From Tubiluchus corallicola (lineage: Eukaryota > Animalia > Priapulida): a stretch of DNA of 64,000 nucleotides. The position numbers and the translations under genes are program-made. Below the pieces are notes generated by a model. That model saw nothing but the letters and a program-made list of their open reading frames with translations, did no database searches and was not told the origin of the DNA. Below, piece after piece: positions 12,493-24,800 of the stretch (its first letter is position 1; each line of letters begins with the position of its first letter). The stretch is taken from assembly GCA_030141605.1 (NCBI GenBank), contig JAQGDQ010000483.1:1-64000 (forward strand), written 5' to 3'.

Positions 12493-14063
12493 GTTTGTTA
12501 CCGGGATTCGTGTTCACAGCCGAGCTTGGCTAAGACGCTCACTGCCAAGTCTTAGACTAGAAGCATAACCTTGGTGATGAGACTGATTCCGGTCTGGCAA
12601 CAAACATGCAGAGTGTGCAGACGTTGTCGTTAAATGCTGCATCTTATAGTGTACCGAAATGTAAAAACCGCCCACGCAGTAACGAAAATTTGTTGTTTTT
12701 TGAGATTGTTTGGTCAATTTTTGATTCTTTTATTCTAAATTTACAATCCTTTTCTAAAATTTCGTACACAAAAACACAGGCAGTTACAGTGCTTGCATTT
12801 ATTGATTAGTTTTATCTTCGATTAGGGTAGACAAAGACTACCAAATGTCGGATAATCTAATTCCACGCTTGGTCGCTTTCACAACAATTTTAGATTGAAA
12901 TACATAATCACGCTTCGGTCCCACCAAACGGTTGTTGGAAATGCCATAAATCTCGCCAAAAACTGTACCAATGCCCGGACTGAGAGTTTGAATTCTTACT
13001 GATCATATAATCCAGTCGACCATGCAGTGGTCTATATAGTTTATGAATTCAGTTTGTAATAAAATTTTAAAGTTTTTTTCATTAGAAAAATTGCGGAAAT
13101 TGACGAAGATTGAAGCGAGATCTTTTTCGCACAGCATTAAATGATAGACATCAGTTTTGCAAATGATAGACAATGAATGTAGCTGCGCTTAGAACAAGTG
13201 TGTATTTTCGAAAAGCTGAGGACAGTTGACGATACATTAATCCGAATTTTTGGTCGTTTAAAAAGGAAACCAGCTTATCGAAATCAATATCGACAGCCAG
13301 AAATTCAGTCCAATCAAACAGTTTTTTGCTTAAATGTCAACCTTAAACAAGTTTTTGTTTGAGTATAAACTTTATTTATTTTAGGTGAATTTACAATGCA
13401 GTGCGATACTGATCACAGTATTTCCACTATGAGCAGTGCAGAAAAATTCGGTACATTTTATTTAAGGGTTGTCATATACAATTACTTACTTCGCGAATAT
13501 AATTACACAAATTGTTAATTCTACGTTATGTTTGCAAAAAGGACTCGTCCCTAGCCCGTCTCATACCCGCAAGCTTCTGGGCTACCTCCATGCAGCATTT
13601 TTTATCGTATACTGCACAGCCATATAACTAATCATACAATATCTACCATCTATCGGCTATCGTACTTAGTGTTGTGCGTACTGTACAGTTCCATCCGATG
13701 GAGGTTACACATTCCTAGAGCCCTGTCGTATGACCAGTTATTCTATCAGAGATGCCATCCCCACTTATTACAAAGCCGAAAACCTATTTATATATAGACT
13801 TGCTTTCCTCAAACAGTTTGTGGTACGTTAGAGTTGTTTAGCATTGTTGTCTACGTGTATTTCAAACTTTATTCATGTGGCGACATCTTTGAGTTAGTAT
13901 TTGTATATATTTTTTGCGGTTTCCCAAACAGTTTGTGGTGCCTTATAATTTTTTGTATTGGTTGCTATGTATTTTTAAATTTTATTCGTGTGGCGACATC
14001 TGTGATTTTAAGATCTATTTGTGCGCGTATTGGTAAGGCTTCTTGCTAAGTAATGACGTCATG

Positions 14064-14232
14064 TGTTTGGATGGCACAACGAATAACGTGTTCGTCTACA
14101 GACACCCATTACGGTTGTGAGTTCAAATCCCGCGAAATGAAAATTTCGTAAATAGGTTTCTACCTATTCAAACTTTTTTGCATCATCTATGGTGTTAATA
14201 TGTAGCTTTGGATTTTCACTGGATGAATAAAA
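14064..14232 (+). mobile_element. Possible tRNA-derived SINE head (Pol III A/B box-like)
   Basis: A-box-like TGGCACAACGA (~14072) and B-box GAGTTCAAATCC (~14119-14130) at tRNA-like spacing. No complete cloverleaf is seen. Confidence 0.3.
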
Positions 14233-14453
14233 CCAGAAAAAATGGAAAATGATCAAACGATGAACGCTAAGTTGATGCTCATTAATTGACTATATGAGTT
14301 TGATAAGAGAATTTGCTTTCAAAAATTCAGAGTATATGGTCACCTTCTCTTCCAGTTCTCCTTTTAATCCAGTTTTTCATACTCATGATCACTATACCGA
14401 ACTTGCATCTACTAATTATTTTATAGCACAGCATAAATGGTTATTACGAGAAG

Positions 14454-15040
14454 TTAAAGGAAAACCCGGACGATTGTGTAAACGTTAGTTCAGAATAAAG
14501 TATGCTGTAAAATATTGAAAACTACAATAGCTTATTTTAAATCAAAGCTTAGATTAAACAATAATTACCTCGGATACTCAAATGTTGTTAAACTTTCAAA
14601 GCTACGCGTGGCTCAGTGAATCTACTAAGATCGGCAACGGCGACTTTTTGTCACATGCGCGTCGCCGACTAATAGAAGGCGGTACCGTGATAACCATGAT
14701 CATGAACTGCAGTGTTAGTTTCTGACGTCATATGACGTAGAGCCCATTTTCGTGACATCACGCGTTTAAGCAGTAACACTTACACAAACGTGCTTGACGC
14801 GCAAGGGAGACGCCTGCTATTACTCAAACTGTGGTTAGTCTCTGACGTAAGCAATAGCTGTGTTAGGTTGCCGCTAATTAACATTCTAAGCTAATTATTC
14901 AAATATGTTGCCGCTAATTAACTTTCTGAGCTAATTATTCAAATATAAGAAGCAATTGCTAACTTTTATAGGCAAGAAAATGTATATTTTGGACAGTAAA
15001 TTAAAATGAGATTGAGTCTAAACAATCGTCCGGTTTTTTG
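14454..15040. mobile_element. Kolobok/T2-like MITE, family C, with an internal 40-bp tandem duplication (14868-14947)
   Basis: The left end TTAAAGGAAAACCCGGACGATTGTGTAAAC is inverted at the right end as GTCTAAACAATCGTCCGGTTTTTT. The right part resembles 34203-34337. Confidence 0.6.
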
Positions 15041-15292
15041 GACGGCTGATAGGAAATAAGGCTTTCTAATTGTACGTGTTCCTCGGCTTCTCTATTGCCT
15101 GGCAACAAAAACATCATAGTTTTGTTCACTAACGCCTACTTAATTAATTAGAGTTTCAATGTTTTTCGGCGCAGGTGCTGCTTTTATCGCACAGTGCGCC
15201 ATGCGTATCTCTCTAGTGTTCTGCTGATACATTGTAAGTGTACGCCACTAAGATTTAGAAATGCAGCAGTAAGGATTAATGGACCAGTCGTA

Positions 15293-15702
15293 TTATTATT
15301 ATTATTACAATTCTTTATTTTTAAAAACTACGTACAGAATACATTCCCTCTATTTGTAGGGATATGTTTAAAATTTCTAAAAATATTTACAACGTATTAA
15401 ACATATTCATATAAATATAATTTAGAATCCAACGCATGAGACACATTGAACGAAAACGGTTATATACAAGACATAGTTACAAATTATAATCCAACACTAC
15501 ATGCATACATAATAAAAGATAACGAACATATTTTAATACTTAGTAACAAAAATTTACACACATTATACACAATGAAAAACAGCGAATACAATTATAATAA
15601 ACATAATTACCAATTCTAAAGTAAATTCACATAATCATAAATAAAAACAAAACAGCATATAGAAAACACGACGAGAGTTGTAAAATTTCATCACCAACAG
15701 AC
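15293..15702 (-). mobile_element. 5'-truncated retroposon 3' UTR with (TAA)n tail and ~31-bp target-site duplication
   Basis: Reverse complement of 16460-16826. Flanking direct repeats 15262-15292 and 15703-15733 are identical at 28/31 positions. Confidence 0.8.
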
Positions 15703-16459
15703 TGCAGTAGTAAGGATTAATGGAATAGTCGTAACTGTACTAAAAATCGTAGATACGCCCCCATAAATATTAAAAACACGTTACAACCACTATCAGCACA
15801 GTTACAGTAGCAAGCAATTAAAAACACTGTAAAACTGTAAGCGTTTTATGGGGTCTGTAATATCCCAGTCAATAATGTCACATACAAAGGAACTTTACTG
15901 CCTTATTCATGTGGTACATCTCCATAGGAGGTCGCCCCATTCTACTTCTTCAATGGAAGTTTAAAAGGGACTCAAAGATTTTGCTGAATTGGCTATAGGT
16001 GACCTCGGGCTGTCGAGAAAGCTGGGTTGCTTAGAAAGGTGGTTAATCTCGCCTAGATGCCTTTTGTGGGTCTAACTTCTTTGTGAACCCTCAGTGTTCA
16101 AAAGAGAAAGTTGTTTTCAAAGTTTACATTCTGAGCTTTTTTTCTTCGCACGCAGGAGGAAAAACTTGCGGAAATGCGAGATCTCTTTTCTTCCAGCTCA
16201 GTAAGTTGAAACTGTGTGGCTATTCGTTTCTAATAATAAACGCGCCATTGCAAAGTACCTGTAGGGCGAACGAGTAACACAAATTTGGGTGCTCTCGAAC
16301 TTGCGGGGCTTTGATAATTTTTTTTGAAAAAAAAATTATAATATTTTGATAAATTGCATTTGAATAATTCATTTAACTTAAAAAAAGTTTCAACTTTAAA
16401 TGAAAAAGGACGCTTGGGAGTTTGGGAACTTAATTTTGAAAAGTGGCCACTTATTTGAG

Positions 16460-16826
16460 ATATGCTGTTTTCTTTTTATTTATGATTATGTGAATTTACA
16501 TTAAAATTGGTAATTATGTTTATTATAATTGTATTCGCTGTTTTTCATTGTGTATAGTGTGTGTAAATTTTTGTTACTAAGTATTAAAATATGTTCGTCA
16601 TCTTTTATTATGTATGTATGTGGTGTTGGATTATAATATGTAACTACGTCTATTGTATATGATCGTTGCCGTTCAATGTGTCTCATGCGTTGGATTCTAA
16701 ATTATATTTATATGAATATGTTTAATACGTTGCAAATACTTTTAGAAATTTTAAACATATCCCTACAAATAGAGGGAATGTATTCTGTACATAGTTTTTA
16801 AAAATAAAGAATTATAATAATAATAA
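16460..16826 (+). mobile_element. Second copy of the same retroposon 3' UTR with (TAA)n tail and 11-bp TSD
   Basis: Ends in AATAAAgaattataataataataa. TATTTGAGATA flanks both sides (16452-16462 and 16828-16838). A small stem-loop (atCCCTacaaatagAGGGaat) lies near the 3' end. Confidence 0.8.
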
Positions 16827-17789
16827 ATATTTGAGATAAAGGGCCCTTGTTTGAGGCTTTTATTTGAGATAAGGGCCACTTTTTGAAGCCCTTTATTTCA
16901 GCTAAGGAGCCAGTCTGTGCTGGCCTCATAATTTCGTTAGTCTAGGGACCTGAATACGTCATAATCAGGGCCTGACCATGATAGAATATTTTTGTCAAAA
17001 TTTTTTGTGGACTGTTTCCGGTTACTGTTTTTGACTTCCGGTGCACCGCTTATAACGCCTGTTATAAGCAAGTTATAAGCAAGAAAGCAGGCAAGTTCTC
17101 GCTTGCTTTTTTCTTAACAAATTAACAAGCGGCTAGCCGGTAATTGCTATTCGGATCAATGTATGGCACCGCATACATTCTATATTATATACAGTATTTT
17201 GGAAAAGCGTTCACAACACTGGCGCCACTATCTACAAAAATTATTAGGAAACTAATTTAAACAATGTATTAATGTACAATTAATACAATTTATAATGGTT
17301 GTTTTATTCAACAAACTTAGTTTGTAGTGACCTGGTATTTCACGTTTTGTTTGGTCGTGAATTAGTCTCTTAAAAAATGTGAATTTGATTAATTTCTTAA
17401 TTTTGTAGTTGCAAGAAATACGAGCTGCGAATGAATGAATGATAGATAGTTTACAGAAATGAAACAGCACTTTATTGATTATGCACAGTGCTTTGTTAAT
17501 TTCGTCTGCGCTTACTGATTATTGGGTTATCGATCTGCTTGCATGATCGATTATTATAAATGGTTAAGTCAATAACACACACTCGTGTGCTGATTGTATC
17601 TTAGTGTTTGTTTCCATTCATTGTAAATATGCTTACTTAGATAAACTCTCAGCCCTGCGGCTTATGTTACAGTAATAATTTAAGTACGATGCATTAGCCG
17701 TGTGTGTTGAGTGTAGTTGCGTAAAATTTTGCAAGAAAATGTGAATAACGTGCGGGTAATTTGAAATAAACATCAGCTCTTATCTATTT

Positions 17790-18000
17790 CACTCTCTTTC
17801 ATTTCCCTTCGCCCTCTCTCTCTCTCCTCTCTCTCTCTCGCTTTCCCCTCCTCTCTCTCTCTCTCTCTCCGTCTGTGTCGTCTTTGTTTCTATTTCTCTC
17901 CCTCTCTCTCCCCCTCTCCCTCTTTCCATCTGTCTGTCTTGCGTGTCTCTGCCGTCTTTGTTTCTATTTCTCACCCTCTCTCTTTCCATCTTTCTCTCCC

Positions 18001-18049
<49 letters not shown>

Positions 18050-18191
18050 TTCCCCTCCTCTCTCTCTCTCTCCGTCTGTGTCGTCTTTGTTTCTATTTCT
18101 CTCCCTCTCTCTCTTTCCATCTGTCTGTCTTGCGTGTCTCTGCCGTCTTTGTTTATATTTCTCACCCTCTCTCTTTCCATCTTTCTCTCCC

Positions 18192-18233
<42 letters not shown>

Positions 18234-18440
18234 CGTCTGTCTGTCTTGCGTGTCTCTGTCGTCTTTGTTTCTATTTCTCGCCCTCTCTCTCCATCTTTCT
18301 CTTCCCTCCCTCTCTCTCTCGCTACTAGCTGCTCTTCTAGCTTTATTTTTTCTTTTCGACACCTTCTGTCATTCTTATTTCTTTTTGCTTTCTTTCTCTT
18401 CGCCCTTGTTTCTCTTTCTCCCCCCGTTTCTCTCTCTCTC
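17790..18440. repeat. CT-rich minisatellite: about 2.5 copies of a ~190-200 bp unit containing (TC)n
   Basis: The unit cgctttcccctcc(tc)n cgtctgtgtcgtctttgtttctatttc...gtctgtcttgcgtgtctctg repeats at ~17839 and ~18046, and partly at ~18231. Confidence 0.9.
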
Positions 18441-20027
18441 AGTCTATCCCTCCACATGCAGCCATGTCGTCGACTTTCAAACAGATTCCCACCTGCATAA
18501 TTCATCATCAATCGGGCAGGATGCTGCATTGCGCCGCATTTCCTCGTTGTGACGCGTAATTATCAATTCTACGCGGTAATTAAACTTTTATCAATCCATC
18601 AGGTAATTACCGGCATAGAATGAGTGATTCTACGCTATTTGATGTGTATATGATTGCTTTTGCTTTAAGCTATTACACGACCGAGATGATGGGACTGTAA
18701 AGCAATCGCTTTACAGGAGCTCACTGAAATGGGGTTTGCTAAATGTTCGTAATATCACCATATTGGAGCTCATCAGGCCCAGGGTAGGAGAGCTCACTGG
18801 TTTGGAGCTCACTACAGTGACTCGGCTGAGATTTGCTAGACCTCAAATTGACACGAATTTTAGGTCTGTCGTAAAAGACTGTTTTTCTCGTTGCAGTACT
18901 AAAAATAATGCTCTGCATTAGTTCTTAGAGTTAACATCAAACTAAGAATGCCCCTTCTGAGTCCTATCCAAAAGTTTGCAAAAGTGTCTGCAAAGCATGA
19001 TAAACTTACCTGAGAATGTAGAAACCGAAATTAATTTAAAGTGTCCGTATTAACCTACTTGCGTCACTCGGTTTAACTGGCATTGTTCTTGTGCTTCGGT
19101 TCTCAGACGCAAAGTGTAAATATTTCTATTGTTAGTAAAGTCATGAATTGTGAAATATTCCTGAGGTACGAATTGTAAATTTGTGTGTACTTTTGGTGTC
19201 TTTTTTCATATCCCGTCTAAACTCAACATAATTACAGTTTTGATTGAGTTTTGGCAAGTTATATTTAGAAATTTTCGCTATCGAGACCAACGCTTTATAA
19301 TATGGTATAGTAATATAGTAATTATATTTTATTGATTTTTGACCAATCAACTAACAAGCATCCGTACAAATAGTTTTACATAGAGATGCGAACAAACTTC
19401 GCTACAGCACATTGAAAACAGTGACATGAGATTGCATTATACAAATTAGTTTGTCATCAATATTTAAAAAGTAAATTTCATGCAATTTTAACTACAGCTA
19501 AGTATTATAAACTTTATTCTTATTGTGTCTACCGCTGTGCCAGTTTTCACTATTTTTTCCGTATATTCTGTTGTAAATTACAACATCTGGTTTTCCTGAT
19601 CCTGTATTGCTTGAGGCAGTAAACCCGCTATGTTTCACAAAAGCCAGAACTCATTGTGTTGTGGTTATGAAAGGAAATACTCTTTACACAGTCATTGTTC
19701 GTTGAATTCAGGCTCTGATTCAGCCAGCTGGTTCTTTGCTTTTTCTGCATCAGCAAAGCGTCGCCATCTGCCGTAGAAAATAGAATTTAATTTACTACAT
19801 ATTCGTGGCAGAATTTTTTTCAGATATTACAATATTAATTTATAATATTGGCCAGATGACCCATGGTCTTTCCTCACCCCATCTCATTGGATAAAGTTTT
19901 TTTGTAAAATGAAATGTTTGTGACATTATTGGAGAAAATAAACGTCTATATGTATGTCTATTGTAATAATTTCTAGAGTTTCCCAGATGATTAATATTAA
20001 AATGTTTCTGTTTTTGTTGTTTTTTAG

Positions 20028-20152
20028 ATGCTGTGACAGATTTACATCACTCTTGCAGCTGTAGAAATTCCTATCCATTACTAAAATGGGAGCCTTGCTT
20101 TTGCGTGCTCTACGTACATGAACAAATACTTACCTGTTATACTAGTGAAATG
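20028..20152 (+). CDS. raskol: Internal coding exon of a raskol/DAB2IP/SynGAP/RASAL2-family Ras GTPase-activating protein (N-terminal, split-PH-like segment)
   Basis: Acceptor tttttgttgttttttAG and donor ATG|GTAAGT. The frame is open across the exon: (D)AVTDLHHSCSCRNSYPLLKWEPCFCVLYVHEQILTCYTSEM. This resembles the Drosophila raskol/CG42684 motif WGPLYCVLQQDDQTFTAYCSEE as I recall it (no search run). Confidence 0.7.
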
Positions 20153-20313
20153 GTAAGTAACGATGCGCCATCTGTTAACTAAAAACGGATTCCTGCAACT
20201 AAAAATAATTTATATTTCAACTTATCGATCATATCTAACATTGTTTCACTTAGACTGTTGTCAGTAGTTGATTAGTCACATTGATAAATTTATTATTTAA
20301 TTAAATAATTCCC

Positions 20314-20319
20314 GTGTGT

Positions 20320-20362
<43 letters not shown>

Positions 20363-20386
20363 CGTGCGTGCATGCATGCATGTGCG
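20314..20386. repeat. (GT)n/(GC)n/(GCAT)n microsatellite
   Basis: Directly visible. Confidence 0.9.
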
Positions 20387-20790
20387 TATATCAGTGTGAC
20401 ATTAATTCTACAACTAATACATCTCAACGAATATCTCAGTATCTTTGACAGATATTATTCTGTCTGATTATGAATTGCGATCCCAAAATATTTTTATTTA
20501 TGCATTAGTGTCTAACGTGGTAACAAAATGAACGACAAACAAGCAAACACACAAATATACACACAAACAAAAATAAACAAATAAATATACGTACATACAT
20601 ACACGTAGATGCCTATACAAACATGCATGCATACATAGCGCATACATACAAATAAACTAATATTTGTTGATTTGCGTCGCGTACATAAAATAACGTAAAA
20701 TGAAACAGTAAACAACGATAACAGATAAGGAAATTCGATCCATCACTATACTTACTATGTTAAGAAGCTGGGTGAGCTTAGTCCAGTAAG

Positions 20791-20988
20791 TTCGTCTAGT
20801 AAATGTTTACTATTTCAGCTGAGATTACAAGCCATATCTAACGAATTACCAACATAATTCTAACTATTTATTCATTTTTGCTACTTTCTACATTCGTCTA
20901 GCAAATATTTATTATTTCATCTGAGGTTACAAGCTATATCTAACGAATTACCAACATAATTTTAACTATTTATTCATTTTTGCTACTT
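20791..20988 (+). repeat. Tandem duplication, period 102 bp
   Basis: ttcgtctag...ttcatttttgctactt starts at 20791 and again at 20893. Confidence 0.9.
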
Positions 20989-21037
20989 GTTTGTTAATGC
21001 TTTCACAGCTCGTTCAATAGCATATTGGCATTTTCAG

Positions 21038-21281
21038 GGGGCAATACGCCGACGGCGTGATTTGAACACCCGGAGACTAGACGGAGGACAGTTGGAGTTC
21101 AACCGAAGATGGGGTTATACTAGTCCCACCGCCAAGATGAGTTCTACTCCACATTTCACAATAACGGAGGAGGTTAATGGTGATGGTGACTGCGATGACG
21201 AAGAGGAGGAAGAAGAAGAGGTGACTGGAGATAGCGAGAGTGCCGCTTCTGGCGTAGATGACAATCATCTGATGTCAGTTG
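21038..21281 (+). CDS. raskol: Next coding exon of the same RasGAP-like gene (acidic low-complexity segment)
   Basis: Acceptor ggcattttcAG and donor GTTG|GTAAGT; phase-0 join with the previous exon. Peptide GAIRRRRDLNTRRLDGGQLEFNRRWGYTSPTAKMSSTPHFTITEEVNGDGDCDDEEEEEEE... parallels the recalled insect raskol pattern DxPRVRLDGG..F...WGY...PxLxEE followed by an acidic run. Confidence 0.72.
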
Positions 21282-21338
21282 GTAAGTCCTTCTGTTGCCA
21301 TATTTAATCTCATTTAAGTCACCATAATATGGTGACAT

Positions 21339-21842
21339 TTAATCAAAGGGAAGAAAGTAGGATTTTAAAGTATTTCCAAAGGAAATTTCCATACAACGTG
21401 ACATTACCTAACATTACATACTTGTACATTAGCCATTACCGGTTTGAAAGACATGTGTAATGATTGTGATTGGAAAAGAAAATCCTTAATTAATCGTACC
21501 ACCTGAAAAACGTCACTGTGTCACCATCCCATTGTGCACCACTGGCTCACCAAAAAAACACTATTGAATCTTACTGAGAATATGAAGTAATTTATACTTT
21601 TGCTTAGTTAGCAACGAGTGTGCTATGAATGTTCTGATTATTTTTTCGAACTTTACGTAAAGTTATTTCAACTTTCCTCAAACGAATTAGTGCTAAAATG
21701 ACTTTAAAACTTAAAGTTTACATTTTCGAGTTTTATACAGTTTTACAAGCTCTGTACACAATAAGACATTATGTAAGTGACGTCAAATTTGAAGACGAAT
21801 CTTTAAGCTTTATTAATGAAACATGTTTTTTCGTCTTTTCAA
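21339..21842 (+). mobile_element. Kolobok/T2-like MITE, family A (short, degenerate ends)
   Basis: Shares the ccactggctcaccaaaaa, tgcttagttag and aaatttgaagacgaat blocks with the other family A copies. Confidence 0.6.
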
Positions 21843-24800
21843 GCATTTTGGTTGGGTTGTAAAATCGTAAGTTAGATTATCAACGTGTATGAATATGTCA
21901 GGAATCTATTGTAGTGGAAAAGTTACTCATTCATTTTTAGCTGATTGACGTACATAATGATTTACAATTTGTGTAGTGTTTCACAAAGAAGCAGAGCTGT
22001 GGAAACACAAAATATCACAAATGTTCAAACTGATACCTGGTGAAATGTTCATTGATAAATTCTTAGTTCGTCTAAAATACCCTGGATCCTGATATTAAAA
22101 ATTTTGATGAAATGTGAAATTCAATGTGGAATTTAGAAAGCTCGGGTTATGAACAAAGTAATGTCGACATAAATTATTTAATATCTGGTTAAAATTGACT
22201 AAATATAATTGCCAGAAACCAATCATAACCATAATCTGAATTATTATAATCTTTACTAATCAGTGATGGAGTTTTATTAAACATTGTTTTCGAAAATGTA
22301 CGCTTGATGGCACTGCCGAATTAAGCTAAAAGACTGCTTTGGCCGTTGGCAGCTCCTGTAATGATTTTACTACGACTGACGAAAGATGGCAGCACGTAAC
22401 CTATTTTGTTGTCGGAATCTTTCCGACTTGAGTGACTCAGAACCCCCAAACCGGTTCTTATTTCTTACTTCGGTAAAATTTGTCAGAATATCTAAAGGTA
22501 TTACACTGATCAAATGAGTAAATTGTTAACTGTATCGTCTGTGGACTTGAAAAATTAATACTAAAGCTGAAACTCATGTTGGACTATAGACAAGGGCTAC
22601 TTTCTTATCGTTTACTAGAGCTTCCTTTTTGTCCGTTTAGAACAAACCAAGATTGGAACACCAAAAAAGGAACTAACGAATAGATTTGTCATGTTGTTAT
22701 CACACTATACCTCGTGGGGAAATCTTTGTGGTTGTCTGGTAACTTGATGAACGGTTCAGGAATTTCCGGTAGTTTTTTCTTCGGTTAATTCAACTTAATT
22801 ACCTTCTTAATGTTTCAAATAATTGGATTCGCTAGTTGACTCACTGCAGCCCGGGGTGGTTTTTGTGACCAGAATTATTATCCAGCTTTTAAACCCACAC
22901 AGGCGGTTTAAAAGATGATGAGTCAATTTCATCCATTCAGACGGTGCAGATCTTTGTTACGAACAGATCCTGTTTCTACTTGGGGAAAAGTTCTTGAGCT
23001 TTTTTCCTTGTACTACTGCCGCATTTCTTTTGAATTTTCGATAACTAGTCGTTGAGAAAACACGTGAATCTGTGTATCTAACGTACAGTAAAGGCTCCTG
23101 ATGTTGGAATTAGTTATGATTAGCAAATGACTGTGACTTCGTACTTGCAAGACTTAGTGGTTTCAGTTTTCAAACAAATGAACGAATCCCGCCTATGTCG
23201 TTGTTTTAGTGACAATGAATGATCACCAAATGCCGTGTTGGTCGCAGCAGCCACACAGTTGTTCTGCGAAGAAAACTTAAAGAAACTTGGTCGTAATAAA
23301 TAATGATAAAAGTTTTAAAATTTTCGTTTCTGATACTCGTTTTAGACACGCTAATGGGAACGATGGCTTTTGTCGACTGAAAATTACGTGAATTGGAGTG
23401 CAGCAAACACGGCTGGTTTCTATTTTTCAAGAATTCTTTGTGTCACAAGAGTTTCGTTCGTGTTTTCGCTGCTTTAGCTGAAAAGAATTGGTTAGTGACA
23501 TGCAGTTCTCGTGAACTAGAGTGAGAGATAATTTAACAAGTGTGACGATGTTTTTTTAATTAAAAAATTCGACGGGGCGTGGCGCACGTGTCGTACTGCA
23601 TTTTAAAACGTGTCTGTGAACTCGTTAGACAGCGAGAAAATATGTAATAGGAACGCGTGGAAGGTATCCACGAGATATTAAATCACCCACAGACGTGAAA
23701 TACCAGAGTTAATTGAATAAATGTTCAAACAAAGTTCAAGCCTTCACAGTATAGTTCGTCTACTAATTTAAAAAGGCCGCACCGTGCTTCATATAATTAT
23801 AAATCAAATCAATTAACTATAGAATAAATGACATCCTTTTATAATTACGTTGAACAAGGAGCATATTTCACTTTTAGTGGGTTAGTGTTATTCCATCACA
23901 GATCATCAATTATCATTACAGGGCCATAGCTGGCGACCTTTGTGTGATCTTGTAATGTTGATGTATGATTGTACATTGCAAAGGACGTTCCGGCTGCTAT
24001 CATGAAATTGAATTATACTGCAAAATGGTGCTGTTTGCGATGGATTTTCTCTCGCATCTTTTAAATTTTCAAACCTTTTCCGGAAATTTTCGAACTTGCT
24101 GTTAATGACTTGTTGTCTTGGACAATAATCATTTCATTTCAACAAACAGATTTCTATAATAGCGTGGCACATCTTTTGAGAAAAGTGTTCAAAAAATTAT
24201 TGGCGCATGCTACTTTAAGCAAATCGTGATTTCGACTGAAAATGTAGTGCCGCCATCTATTAAGAAAAATGTTCAAGAAATTCGAGAGGAAAAGAAAATA
24301 CTGTTTTAAACGAAGCCCAGAGACATTTTTGACATTTTGAACGGGATATGTCTTATTTTATTGACTGTTTAACTCAGAAGGGTGAATATTCAGTCGGTAA
24401 GTGATAATTCTGCTTGAAATTATAACAGAGTGTGTCAACACAGCCGCGCTGTAGAAAGACAACAGATGCGGCAAATTGAACCTGTACTTCTGCATTATGA
24501 CATAATAATGACGTAAATGTAATATTGTGTTTTTGCGTGGGGTAATATTAGTACTCTTATCCATTTTAGTGCACTACTACTTTTGGAACTTCTGGACTTT
24601 CATTTGCTGCCTTTCTCACATATATATATGTTTATATAGCCCAGAAACATTTAGTTATACCTATACCTATTATACAATTATACCTATACGTAACTAGTAT
24701 TAGGAAGGAAGATAGATAGATAGATAGATAGAGAGATATTTTATTTCTAAAAATCAATTTCCAACACGAAAATTACAAATTTGACGCATACCCGATGGTT

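Noticed and set aside
14064-14135. Functional tRNA gene
   Set aside because: A/B-box-like motifs are present but there are no consistent acceptor and anticodon stems. Kept only as a possible SINE head.
15293-16826. A single foldback transposon with 365-bp TIRs
   Set aside because: Each arm has its own TSD and a (TAA)n tail, so they are two retroposon insertions.
21137-21281. ATG 21137 as the main gene start
   Set aside because: The frame is open upstream and the family-like motifs lie 5' of it, in this exon and the previous one.
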